This document shows, piece by piece, positions 1-11,965 of a stretch of 64,000 nucleotides of DNA. Each line of letters opens with the position of its first letter. Within the stretch, counting starts at the first letter, position 1. This DNA comes from Octopus bimaculoides. Lineage: Eukaryota. Made by a program: the position numbers and the translations under genes. A model generated the notes under the pieces. The model saw only the letters and a program-made list of their open reading frames with translations. It was not told where the DNA came from and ran no database searches. Where the stretch lies: assembly GCF_001194135.2 (NCBI RefSeq), contig NC_068994.1, positions 59,895,565-59,959,564 of the forward strand. Direction: 5' to 3'.

Positions 1-4
1 ATGT

Positions 5-37
<33 letters not shown>

Positions 38-40
38 CAG

Positions 41-121
<81 letters not shown>

Positions 122-333
122 ATATCTTGCGTATTATATATCTGCGTGTGGACACACATGCACTCTTATACTCACAGATAAATGCAGACAACGTTATAAA
201 GATATGTGCACAGACCAGGAGACAAAAATTAGTGTATGCACGCATTATTAACACGGCGCAGATGTGTGCTATTGTGTGTTTATACGCACACACGTACATA
301 CATACATACATGCAGACAGACAGACAGACAGAC

Positions 334-389
<56 letters not shown>

Positions 390-390
390 G
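1..390. repeat. Compound microsatellite (CA)n/(TA)n then (GACA)n/(GATA)n
   Basis: Direct read of tandem units; explains the spurious 1..339 ORF. Confidence 0.95.
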
Positions 391-3290
391 CATAAACACA
401 TATGCATACATACATATAAACAGTTTTGCATGCATGCACACGTAAGTATTTGGTTGCTAGTTAACTTGGCAAATAGGTAGGTGTATATTATGTAGACAAT
501 GGAGAGGGAGCACTTAGACAAGTAGTCAGAATAGTTAGGCAGGCAGGTAGGTAGATAGGTAGGTAGGATGTGTGGGTGAGAAGTATGGAGGAGGAGGTAG
601 GCGCTTATCCTTTTTGAACAGCTGAAAGCTGTTCAGTTTAATGTACGAAGTTAACAGCAACAAAGTCGAACAGCAGGAAAGAAAGTGATAAAAAGTTCGC
701 CATCTCCAGCATCAAAATGACTTTAAAAGGAAGTACGATCGTTAAAGGGGCGGCAGTTGGAAATATTTCACGGTTACAAATAAAAGATTGGTTACGTGGC
801 TGACGGGAGCACTTATATGTGGTTGCTTCATCTACTAGAAATAACAATCAAAGTTCATCAAATGAAGAAGAGACATTTTGGTATATGTAGTAGAGATGGC
901 GTTGTTCACAGGAATTTGAATGTCTTTCTCGGTGTGCAACGCTAACAGAGAACACATTAGTCTTTTAGATAAACGACAGTTGACGAGGTAATCGTTAATA
1001 ATAGGTAGTTCATTCTGAAGAGGGCGTTCAGAATGAAATCGATTAGTTTTAGCAAAGAAATAGTGGCAAAGAAACGGAGAGTTGGTGAATAAACTAGAAG
1101 CCGTTAAGAGAGGAATGGCGTGGTAGCGGCGAGAATGGCCCTTTGACCATTTCTCAGCATGAAACACGAAGGTTACATTGTCAGAGCTGCGGTAAGTGCT
1201 CCAAGAATGCTACTCGGAAAGGACAGGTAAGATAGGCCACGTGTGGTCAAAGGGGCAACCCGGTCAACTAGAACCCTGGGCTTTCCTAAAATGTTCTTTC
1301 AAAAGCTAACTGTTTACTATTGTTCAACAGACTCCCAAAACATTTTTATTCAAAGCCACATTGAAGAGCATAATCAGAGAAATCTTGTATGTGAATTAAA
1401 AAAAAAGGAAGAAAGAAATGCAACGGCACAGCTGGAGCACCTTTAATTCATTTGACCGTGAGTACCCTAAGGCCGAGGAGGGCATCAAACCCGGCTTCGA
1501 CAAATTAAAAACAAGTTTAACTGTGCATTTAGAGGCAAGAAGTTGGAACTGACCAGCCTATTGTGAGAAAGTCACGTGATAAATATCTTGAACTAAATCA
1601 CAACAGGACACAGATTAAACCATGCAGGATTACATAAGATTCATTCATCATCAATCACAGCACTGAAGAGTGATGGGTCTGTAGGAACATGTGTGTGTTT
1701 GGTGGTATGTAGAAATATTAAACAGCCGTTTCCTTGTCTCCAAGAGAAATTCAAACCACCACCAACAACAACAGCAACCACTCTACCATCGCTACCACTC
1801 ACACCAACACACCATCAATCTGCCACTGACGCTTTTCAACACTCTCTTCTGCTTTTATCTCTCCTCTTCTCTCGCTATTCCCAACAAAAACTTGATGTAA
1901 GAAACGATTTATGGCTTTAGTGAGTGCTTAGAGGTGTTAAGGTGGCAGGTTCTTTGTCTACAGGAATGTTTTACAGAACGAAATGGTAATAAAACGTGTC
2001 ATATTCTTTAAAAAACCGTCATGATTGATTACATAGAGTCTATCAATGTGAGAAGAGGAACGAGCAGGCGGAAGTATATGTGATTGTATGTATGTAAATA
2101 TGCATGTAAATATATACGTACCGAGGAAGGTATGTATGTATGTATGCGTGTGTGAGTATGTGCGTATGTTTTATCTGTTAATATAGAATATGGATGTATT
2201 TAGAAGTGCTCTGAAATATGTCACGATATGTGCATGTAGCTGTCATACCCAACTCCCCCCCCCCACACATACACACACGCACACATATATACCCTGGTAA
2301 TACACCTTACTATATTACAGTATCATCCAGTTAAAATACTATGACAACAAATTTATTTTACCAAATGAAAAACATTGCTAATCCTAATTACAAGGAAACA
2401 CTTCTGTCTTCCCGACTAAGCAGAACACATCAATTACAGAGTCATAATTGTGTTCATAAACACGACCTCTAGATTTGATAACCTGCGTTGCTGCATCGTC
2501 TAACACTGGTTTCTTTATTTGTCTCGTTTAGCCTGGTTAAATCCGGGGGCAATATTTGTTGTTTTTTTTTTTGTGGGGTCTGGGGGCGGCACACACACAC
2601 ACACACACACNNNNNNNNNNNNNNNNNNNNNNNNNNNNNNNNNNNNNNNNNNNNNNNNNNNNNNNNNNNNNNNNNNNNNNNNNNNNNNNNNNNNNNNNNN
2701 NNNNNNNNNNNNNNNNNNNNNNNNNNNNNNNNNNNNNNNNNNNNNNNNNNNNNNNNNNNNNNNNNNNNNNNNNNNNNNNNNNNNNNNNNNNNNNNNNNNN
2801 NNNNNNNNNNNNNNNNNNNNNNNNNNNNNNNNNNNNNNNNNNNNNNNNNNNNNNNNNNNNNNNNNNNNNNNNNNNNNNNNNNNNNNNNNNNNNNNNNNNN
2901 NNNNNNNNNNNNNNNNNNNNNNNNNNNNNNNNNNNNNNNNNNNNNNNNNNNNNNNNNNNNNNNNNNNNNNNNNNNNNNNNNNNNNNNNNNNNNNNNNNNN
3001 NNNNNNNNNNNNNNNNNNNNNNNNNNNNNNNNNNNNNNNNNNNNNNNNNNNNNNNNNNNNNNNNNNNNNNNNNNNNNNNNNNNNNNNNNNNNNNNNNNNN
3101 NNNNNNNNNNNNNNNNNNNNNNNNNNNNNNNNNNNNNNNNNNNNNNNNNNNNNNNNNNNNNNNNNNNNNNNNNNNNNNNNNNNNNNNNNNNNNNNNNNNN
3201 NNNNNNNNNNNNNNNNNNNNNNNNNNNNNNNNNNNNNNNNNNNNNNNNNNNNNNNNNNNNNNNNNNNNNNNNNNNNNNNNNNNNNNNNNN

Positions 3291-3490
3291 ATATGTTTGT
3301 GTGTCTGTGTTTGTCCCCCAAGCATCGCTTGACAACCGATGGTGGTGTTTACGTCCCCGTAACTTAAAAGAGACCGATAGAATAAGTACTAGGCTTCCAA
3401 AGAATAAGTCCTGGGGTCGATTTGCTCGACTAAAAGCGGTGCTCCAGCATGGCCACAGTGAAATGACTGAAACAAGTAAAAGAGTATATG
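3291..3490 (+). mobile_element. tRNA-derived SINE, family A, 3' half
   Basis: Matches the copy at 49136-49480 (catcgcttgacaaccgat...gtgctccagcatggcc...tgactgaaacaagtaaaagagta); 5' part lost in the gap. Confidence 0.8.
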
Positions 3491-4314
3491 TTCCGTTAAA
3501 ATAACCTTTAAAGTTTGATCACAATACACTGAAAGTAAAGAGAAAATTCATCGGACAAGCTTCTTGAGGCGATCGAGAAATCCAAGTGGTCCAAAAGGCC
3601 ATGCAGTGGGATCGAACTCGAAACCTTGCGAATTAAAAGTGAGTTTTTAAACCATTCACCCATGCTCGCGAACTGATGCACACACACGCACAAACAAACT
3701 TCGATCGATTCCATAAGAACAAAATAACAACAACAATCTGCTGATGTGCTTGTCTTTTTCCCTAAATGACATCGTGCAAGTACTTGATGGCTGTGTGCCT
3801 CCACAAGAATCTCTTCAGTTCTTCGAGAATGCCACTCGACACTTGGGCAGCACGACTAAACAACAACAATAAACGTTGTTTAAATGTCAGAGACCATTTA
3901 AAAATTGGAAAAAACTATTTGAGGTGGAGGCATCGGTGAACGTGACTTTGTCAGCAGCGAATGAAGGAACAAATGACGTGTGTGTGTGTGTGTGTGTGAA
4001 TTTATTCATGCATATACAAACACACAAACACAGAGCTAGACAGAGACGGACGGACAGATAAATAAAGAGGATTTATAATAGGATGCAGTAAAGCTCCGTG
4101 TGTTTTGCAAAAATGAAAAAAAATTCATGGAGGAGGTGGGGCGGGAGGCAGCAAAGAAATGGTGAAGTAAAAAGCTTTTTGTTTCGGAGGTTTGGAATGA
4201 CAGACATTGCAAATTAGTTTTACTTAATTCATTTTTAATGAACGCAGCGACCTACAAAGATTCGACCTTGAATAAACACCAGACATCTCCAACATACACA
4301 CGCACAAATCACTG

Positions 4315-4600
4315 TATTACTGTATCGACCAGACTATAGAATGATGTAATACACCGCTGGTCACAGTGCTCTTCGCATTGTTGAGGCTTTCGATTGGCGC
4401 CAGCCAGTTGGCTATGTGTACAGGGCAACATTCCCTCTGAAACGGAACGCCAGTCCGTCGCAGGCTGACTCATTTACAGCTGAGTTGACTGGGACAACAT
4501 GAAATGAAGTGTTTTGCTCAAGGATACAACGCAACACCGATCTGGGAATCGAAAACACGATTTTGCGATCGTGAGTGTAACACGTTAATCACTATGCCTT
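4315..4600 (-). mobile_element. tRNA-derived SINE, family D-type head and core
   Basis: Reverse complement of the head/core (ttgtatccttgagcaaaacacttcatttcatgttgtcccagtcaactcagctg) shared with 5834, 11775 and 20297. Confidence 0.7.
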
Positions 4601-4895
4601 CACACACACACACACACAATATAGTTGTTGGTTATGGCCAGTGAGGAGTCGTCTATATTGCTAAGAGCAACAACAGACGTGCATGAAACCAAAGGTAACT
4701 TTCTGACCGACCATAAATCCTGACTACATAAAATACTAACACTCAAACAGTTTTTCTGCTTTTTTTCGGATTTAAGATCAATGTTGTTAATTTCATCTGT
4801 TTCATAATTTTATAATTACATCACAACTTAATTAAATCTGTTTTATCGCAACTGCAGATCACCACGTGAAGCATTACATATCTCATTCCTGCCCT

Positions 4896-4898
<3 letters not shown>

Positions 4899-4967
<69 letters not shown>
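4899..4967. repeat. (CT)n microsatellite
   Basis: Direct read. Confidence 0.95.
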
Positions 4968-4970
<3 letters not shown>

Positions 4971-5058
4971 ATTCTATAGTTCAAATTTACAGAAAACAAA
5001 AGACGAAGACAGGAACAAGCAGGTGTATTGGTTTAACGCTCAGGAGGAATGGAAAAGT

Positions 5059-5094
5059 CTTTGACGTTTCGAGCGTACGCTCTTCGACAGAAAG
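5059..5094 (-). ncRNA. Minimal type I hammerhead-ribozyme-like motif (PLE type), A6U core change
   Basis: Minus strand CTTT-CTGTCGA-A-GAGC-gtac-GCTC-GAA-ACGT-C-AAAG: stem I, stem II, palindromic stem III, GUC site. Confidence 0.65.
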
Positions 5095-5833
5095 GATTAA
5101 GAGGGAAAAAATGTAGAGAGAAAGAAAAAAAAAACATTATTAATACAGTGTTATAAATTAAGCTTGATATATAAAGCTTACGGGACGGTTTTATAGGAAA
5201 ATATGAAGTCTCTTCGAACAACAGCACGCGCGCGCGTGCGCATGCACTCACAGAGGTATACGATGAAAACATAAACAACATTGTTAGTAAGAGAAAGACT
5301 AATGCTTTATAGCTGAAATTGTGAAAGCATTCGTTGTTATATTATTTTGTGTTAACTAAGAGGAACCATGTCAGTCAGTAACTGATGACGAGTTGTAGAA
5401 CTGAGGTTGGAAGTAAACAGCTCAGAAGTCGAAGAAGCCAGTGCAGGAAAATATATTATTTACTCCATTCCATGTCAGTTCATTTCACGCAGTTTTAAAC
5501 ACAGAAATACGCATTTACATACAACAGCAGATTACTTATCTCTATTTTGTTCCAGAATGTCTGTCTTTTAAAATTTATAAACGAATTCTTTGTGTTATTC
5601 TATAAAATGAGGTTCTTCAAACAAGAAAGCAAAACAATAAAACAGACAGGCAGAAGAGAGAGAGAAAATATCTGTCTCGCGATTGCGTAATAAATGAGTT
5701 GTAATGGTGTTGGGGGGGGGGGAACAGGGGCTGGTTTACACATCAAAAACCAGTCAGTCATGCACCGAGGCTCTGAGTACGATATCTCTCTTTTGTCCTC
5801 CCTCCCCACGTAAATACACACACACACACACAC

Positions 5834-6125
5834 GCATGTGAAGTCACGTGGCTTAGTATTCGGCTCACGATCGTAAGGTGGTGAGTTCGAGTCGCAGCGG
5901 CGCGTTGTGTCCTTGAGCCAGACACTTTATTTCTCGTTGCTCCAGTCCACTCAAGTGGCAAAAATTGAGTTGTACATGTGATTCAAAGGGCCAGGCATAT
6001 CACGCTGTGTGTCGCGCAGAACCTCCTTGAAAACTGCGTTAAGGGTTTGTGGAGTGCTCGCGAGTAGGCTGTTCCGTTGATCGGATCATCTAGAACACTC
6101 GTCGTCGCAACTGACGGAGTGCCAC
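5834..6125 (+). mobile_element. tRNA-derived SINE, family D, near full length
   Basis: A/B-box-like head (gtggcttagt...gagttcgagtc) plus core gttgtgtccttgagccagacactttatttctcgttgctccagtccactca; several related copies in the window. Confidence 0.8.
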
Positions 6126-6811
6126 TTTTATACACACACACACATTTACATAATATATAGTCATATGCCAGCATATCAAATACCATACAACATAAATTCT
6201 TGACTTATTAAAGTTATCTCCGTCTCTAGTCTCAGTCTCACCTTCATAATGAAAATACCTATTGGCTGCATCACTTCGTCTTACATATATGTACACCCCC
6301 CCCCTCACACACACACACACTTACAGACTCCCTTGCATTACACTCCAGCTGAGCGTTCCTTTGCATCATTTCTTTCTAAACGAACTCCACCGACATTATT
6401 CAACGATCTACCACCAGTCATTTCATGAATACGAAACCCTCTTTTCTCATTCCATAACTATCATTTCTTAACGTACGAAGAGAAGCCATTTCACTATCGG
6501 CAGCATGCTTCTGGCTACCGGGTTGTCCTCATTTGATATTATACTTCTGCCGTATGACCTTTAGTTAATATCAACAGCAAGGAGGAACTGAAGATGGGAT
6601 ATCTTCTAAAGATATAAATTTGTATTTCTTAATCAATATTCTATATTTATTTACTACATTATGGCAAATATTGTCTCTCCACCAAGATCTTTTGATGTAA
6701 CTAAGAATGATATTGTTCTCTGAGACTAATTCTTGGTTGTTTAGTCATTTTATATGAATTATACCATGACATACCACTTCAATCTTTGTAAGTTAATATA
6801 TATATATATAT

Positions 6812-7449
6812 GGTGGTTGTCTACTCCTTATGCAGAATTTGACCACCTCTTGTACCTACACCTTAGATCCATCATGGCATCTGATGTGGCTTTTTAAACC
6901 AGACAATGTTTTGAAAAGACACCCACATAGATTGCACATCTGATTTGGACCACCAAGAACTGCAGTTAAGTTCTGACCTTTGTGGATCTTAAAATGTCTT
7001 TTGAGGCCTCCATCAGAATTACAGACCTTATGGCATATACGGCATTGAAAGGTATGCACAGATACATAGGCAGAATAGTTGCAGGAGGCTCGCTTTTCAT
7101 GGCTTCGCAAATGAGATTGGAGCTCAGCAAAAGGAAGGCACGGTTTGTCACAGAAAAAGGTCGTTGGTGGCAACATTCTTCTTTAAATCTCTCTCGAGTG
7201 TTGCATGTGTCATCCCGGCCTCCTCAAAAGCTTTCGCACCACTCTATACTTTGGTTCGCCATCCAGCTTGATCCGAAGCAAGGGTTTCTATGGCTTCTGG
7301 ATCCATTCTAAGTGACTTCATGGCAGTCCTTATGCTGTCCTTAAACCTCTTTTTAAGTTTGCACCGATTGCGCTTCTCCTCTGCAAGCTCGCCATAGAAC
7401 AGCTGTTTGGGTGTGCGCTCATCCGCCATTTGAACAATATGGCCAGACC

Positions 7450-7470
<21 letters not shown>
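6812..7470 (-). mobile_element. RTE-clade LINE 3' end (decayed ORF C-terminus with C2H2 fingers)
   Basis: WSGHIVQMADERTPKQLFYGELAEEKRNRCKLKKRFKD...LASDQAGWR is the typical RTE post-RT region; in-frame stop and frameshift; then CxxC..H..H fingers; (TA)n on both sides. Confidence 0.85.
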
Positions 7471-7481
<11 letters not shown>

Positions 7482-8211
7482 TTTGAACAATATGGCCAGA
7501 CCATATATNNNNNNNNNNNNNNNNNNNNNNNNNNNNNNNNNNNNNNNNNNNNNNNNNNNNNNNNNNNNNNNNNNNNNNNNNNNNNNNNNNNNNNNNNNNN
7601 NNNNNNNNNNNNNNNNNNNNGGCGTAGTGTGAATTAGGAGATATTTGGTTATTATTTCTAGAACGTTGAGTCACTACCTAGAGACTCTGTAGTCTAACGA
7701 TCATGATAATGATGACAACGATGATGACAACGATGACGACCGTGATTACTAACATAAGCGCCAATTTGTCAAAGTCATAAACCAGAGAAAAGTTTGTTTT
7801 CATAATAAAGAGGATTAAGCTATGGACCAGTTGGTATCTCAACATTTTTGTCAAGTGAAATGTTCTGCTTGTAATATTATTCCCACGGTCGTTTGCTTTA
7901 CATAAACTTTTCTGTAACAAATGTTGACAAATGCTTTTACATGTCTTTGTTACAGTTTTAATAGTTTTCTTAGCAACAATTATTTTCATTGGATCTATTT
8001 CACACCGCAACACTGCGTTAGGAATATTAATTGTACGTCGATACATTACATACATTTACACACACACACACATACATACATACATACATACATACACATA
8101 TACATATCTGTACTTCGTATATATATATGTATATACTTGCGTAATATATATCTACACACACACGTGTATGTATACAAATATAAGCATACATAAACCATAT
8201 ACGTACATAAA

Positions 8212-8258
<47 letters not shown>

Positions 8259-9125
8259 CATGCACACACATACATATATACATCTAAATGTGTAATAATA
8301 TATATACGCAAATGCATATATATGTGTGTGTGTGTGTGTGTGTGTAATGCTTGAACATGCATTCAAAATGACGAGACGATTATGTTCTCCGTATCTTTCA
8401 AGTGAAAAAGGAGTGACAACGGAACGGTCTTATTCTGAACGGTTTATTCCAAAGTCTCAAGCTTAACATTATTCTTACTTTCTGTGATGCGACTATGAAG
8501 GAACAGTGTTGCCAACTCTTGGATTAGCAACACAAAGTTTCCCCTGTAAAATACAGGATCTGCCAGGTCCAATGCAACAACGGCTAAAGTAAACCTTAAT
8601 GTGGTAAGAAACTGAAACCTTTGAACATTCCAATGAGCCTTTTCAGGGAATGAAACCATTATCAACAGGAAATATTTCTTGATATGATTTTAAACTCCAA
8701 GTGATGTGGCATCATATCTTTTGACGATTAGTGTTGTGCCATTGCAAAGGTTGGGAATATCTGAGTCAGGAAGTAGCGTACCCGATATTCAGAGGTCCAG
8801 TATTCGATTGTACAGAGGGATTCCTGTTGGTTTCCGTAGAGTGATATACTCCGACTTAGCAGTCCTTTGACGGAATACAAAGAGCTTGAGTGAAGATTAA
8901 AACATTTGCTGATTAGGCACAATATAAAATGAATGACATGAGGAAATTTCCCACGGAGAACTTCTGCACGAAGAACACATGCCAAACACACACACAAAGA
9001 TAATATGTAATGCATTGAGTCAACAAATGGTTAATCGGTTATTTGATTGAAACATATATGCATTCCCACCCTACCTGTGAGTGTATGTGTGTATGTGTTT
9101 CCCTCTTTCCCTCTCTGTCTGTCTG

Positions 9126-9162
<37 letters not shown>

Positions 9163-9399
9163 CATACTCACACAGGAAAGTGGGACAGACCGACAGACAG
9201 AAAAATATTAATATATCTCTGTCTAAACATTGCGTAGCAGGTGATGAATGAAATGTTGTGAGAATAGACGGTGGTGGTGGTGGTGGTGGGAGGGGGACTC
9301 AGATGGTTCAACGCCGACCCTTAATGAAATCAACTTGAGAAAATACGAAATGTTATCAAGAAAAATATTCCACTTTCCAAATATCTACCATCACTGGTT

Positions 9400-9570
9400 T
9401 AGGTTAGCTTTAGGTCACTGGTTTAGGTCAGAATCAAAGCCGTTCTAGACGTGACTGGTCCTCCGACAACTAGATTGTCTAATATCGTCTTTCTTTTCTT
9501 TTCAAAGTGATAGTATGGTGTTTAAGAGAATTCGGCTGCTATTTCTAGCAAGTAAAGTGACTGCCTAATC
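9400..9570 (+). mobile_element. Dispersed repeat family E (ggctgctatttctagca core), probable SINE
   Basis: Same core at ~17050, 21080(-), 29400, 41670(-), 52670(-), 62452 and 62645. Confidence 0.6.
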
Positions 9571-9709
9571 ATTGATCCCTTCCTTTCTCATCGTACGTGT
9601 GTTTTGTATGTGTAAGTGTAAGTGTACGCGCGAGCGTGTATACACACACAAAAAACAAAAACGTAACACAGCAAATGCAGAATATATATATATATAGGGC
9701 GATCTTTCG

Positions 9710-9752
<43 letters not shown>

Positions 9753-10929
9753 CTTCGTTTATTTTATGTATTTGTATTCACTCTGATGAAGCCCCATATA
9801 CTAGATCGAATGTGGTATAAAGATGGCGAATATTATTTTCGGAATTTTCTTTGTAAGCACCGACTGACATCGGCAGCCGAAACGGCCGTTAGAAATGTGA
9901 TGTTATGTTTTGTATTAAAAAATAATTAACCGATATTGGTCATTTTATTTGCTTGTTGAGCAAAAGTTTTGTCCATATATATATATATATAGTTAATCCA
10001 TGTGTGTGTGCGTGTGTNNNNNNNNNNNNNNNNNNNNNNNNNNNNNNNNNNNNNNNNNNNNNNNNNNNNNNNNNNNNNNNNNNNNNNNNNNNNNNNNNNN
10101 NNNNNNNNNNNNNNNNNNNNNNNNNNNNNNNNNNNNNNNNNNNNNNNNNNNNNNNNNNNNNNNNNNNNNNNNNNNNNNNNNNNNNNNNNNNNNNNNNNNN
10201 NNNNNNNNNNNNNNNNNNNNNNNNNNNNNNNNNNNNNNNNNNNNNNNNNNNNNNNNNNNNNNNNNNNNNNNNNNNNNNNNNNNNNNNNNNNNNNNNNNNN
10301 NNNNNNNNNNNNNNNNNNNNNNNNNNNNNNNNNNNNNNNNNNNNNNNNNNNNNNNNNNNNNNNNNNNNNNNNNNNNNNNNNNNNNNNNNNNNNNNNNNNN
10401 NNNNNNNNNNNNNNNNNNNNNNNNNNNNNNNNNNNNNNNNNNNNNNNNNNNNNNNNNNNNNTCTGAACTGCTGATCTCCACCCCGAGAGAATATTGTACC
10501 GAAATAGCACATGCAATGTAATACACAGACGTACATACAAACATAAATAGGAATCGTATATGAATGTGAAGTCATCAAGAAACACTTGTTAATATCATAT
10601 TTAAACAAACATTTGGTAACTTGACCAAGTTTTGGTGTCAAACATTTCTATGATGAGATTGTTTCCACGAGAAGCAGACTTCTTGTTTAACTGTATATAC
10701 AAAAACGCAGACTGACACACACACACACACACACACACATACACAAACACACAAAATGTGTATTTATCATATGCTTTCATGTTTACGATTCAACAGGCAC
10801 GCATACATACATACATTACATATATACATAAATATATGCACACACACACACACACACACAAACAGATACTATGAACCGTCGTCGGCTTTATCTTGTATCC
10901 GAGTATTTATTTTCTTCTTTGCTTCCCTT

Positions 10930-11583
10930 ATTCCTTTATGGTGATGCCGTCGATGACTCTGTAGACCAATTCTTGCATAGAAGAGTCAATGCCATTGACT
11001 CTTCTGTGCAATGTTGGCGGAGGACGAGGTTGATTTTGTCGACCCTTCGTCCCCTGTCGTTTGATTTCTTCCTTTTCTCTTCTGATGGCTTCGAAGTTTT
11101 TGGCTCCAATAATAACGGAATACTGCCACTTGGTACAGTCTCGAGCTTGTGTTTCAAACGATTCCAGTGGCATTCAGTGTTGCTTATCTTGTCGTTTTAT
11201 GTTGCATATTTTGCGCAAACAGCACATGTGAAAGGTTTCAAGTTTCTTTATATGTCTGTAGTAGGGAGTCCATGCTTCTGCCCCCGACAAAAGTGAGCTG
11301 AAAATGCAAGATTTGTATACACTTATTCTAGTTTTCAGACTGACATCGTGTTCATCCCAGAAACGATGGACAAGTCTTCCCAAACCACTTGCGGCCTTAG
11401 CTATTCTAACCTTGATTTCGTCGTCAAGAGCCCTCTTGAAGTTTACTGTACTTCCCAAATATCTAAATGACCTGACCCGTTTGAATGGCTTATTGTCAAT
11501 CATCACGTTTGAGTCTTGAGTATGTTCTGCCCCAGGCCTTGGTTGGAATAAAACATCACTCTTCTTGATGTTGATAGTCAGTC

Positions 11584-11648
<65 letters not shown>

Positions 11649-11690
11649 CCTCTTAGGTTTGCACTTGACAGACATTCTGATGGGTCACCA
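10930..11690 (-). mobile_element. RTE-clade LINE, RT C-terminal fragment with internal deletion
   Basis: FGLTINIKKSDVLFQP...SFRYLGS...EIKVRIAKAASGLGRL..FW...VSLKTRISVYKSCIFSSLLSGAEAWT..KKLETFHMCCLRKIC; end ARIGLQSHRRH in a shifted frame; (TA)n at 11588-11647. Confidence 0.9.
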
Positions 11691-11774
11691 ATATTCCCTG
11701 TGTTGATAATACGTGTGTATATACATTTGTGTGTGTGTGTGTATATATATATGTTTGTGTGTATGTGCGCGCGC

Positions 11775-11965
11775 GAGTGAAGGCACATGGCCTAGTGGTT
11801 AGGGTGTTACACTTACAATCACGAGATCGTGGTTTCAGTTCCTAGACCGGGTGGCGTGTTATGTTCTTGAACAAAACACTTCTTTCTCACGTTACTCTGC
11901 AACAACGTCGAGACACCTGACGTGTGGTACAACGGGATCCTATTCAGGCAACGTCAGAGTGATGC
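11775..11965 (+). mobile_element. tRNA-derived SINE, family D
   Basis: gtgaaggcacatggcctagtggttagggtg...gttatgttcttgaacaaaacactt head and core. Confidence 0.75.

Noticed and set aside
1-339. ORFs made of YI/HT/CV/ER/SL repeats here and throughout the window
   Set aside because: Translations of (TA)n, (CA)n and (GA)n microsatellites
835-1209. 125-codon minus-strand open frame
   Set aside because: No ATG start, no recognisable domain and no splice signals on that strand; not called as CDS
2469-3504. Long ORFs spanning N-runs (also near 10, 24.5, 33, 34 and 38 kb)
   Set aside because: Open only because N codons contain no stops
5834-5910. tRNA-like heads of SINEs (also 11775, 15060-15142, 49400-49480)
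   Set aside because: A/B-box-like motifs continue into SINE bodies and no complete cloverleaf is present; not tRNA genes
7428-7508. Direct duplication of ttgaacaatatggccagacc(at)n
   Set aside because: Adjacent to a gap and a (TA)n; most likely a contig-end artefact
10649-10708. Box C (ATGATGA) and box D (CTGA)-like pair
   Set aside because: No terminal stem and no recognisable guide; not supportable as a snoRNA
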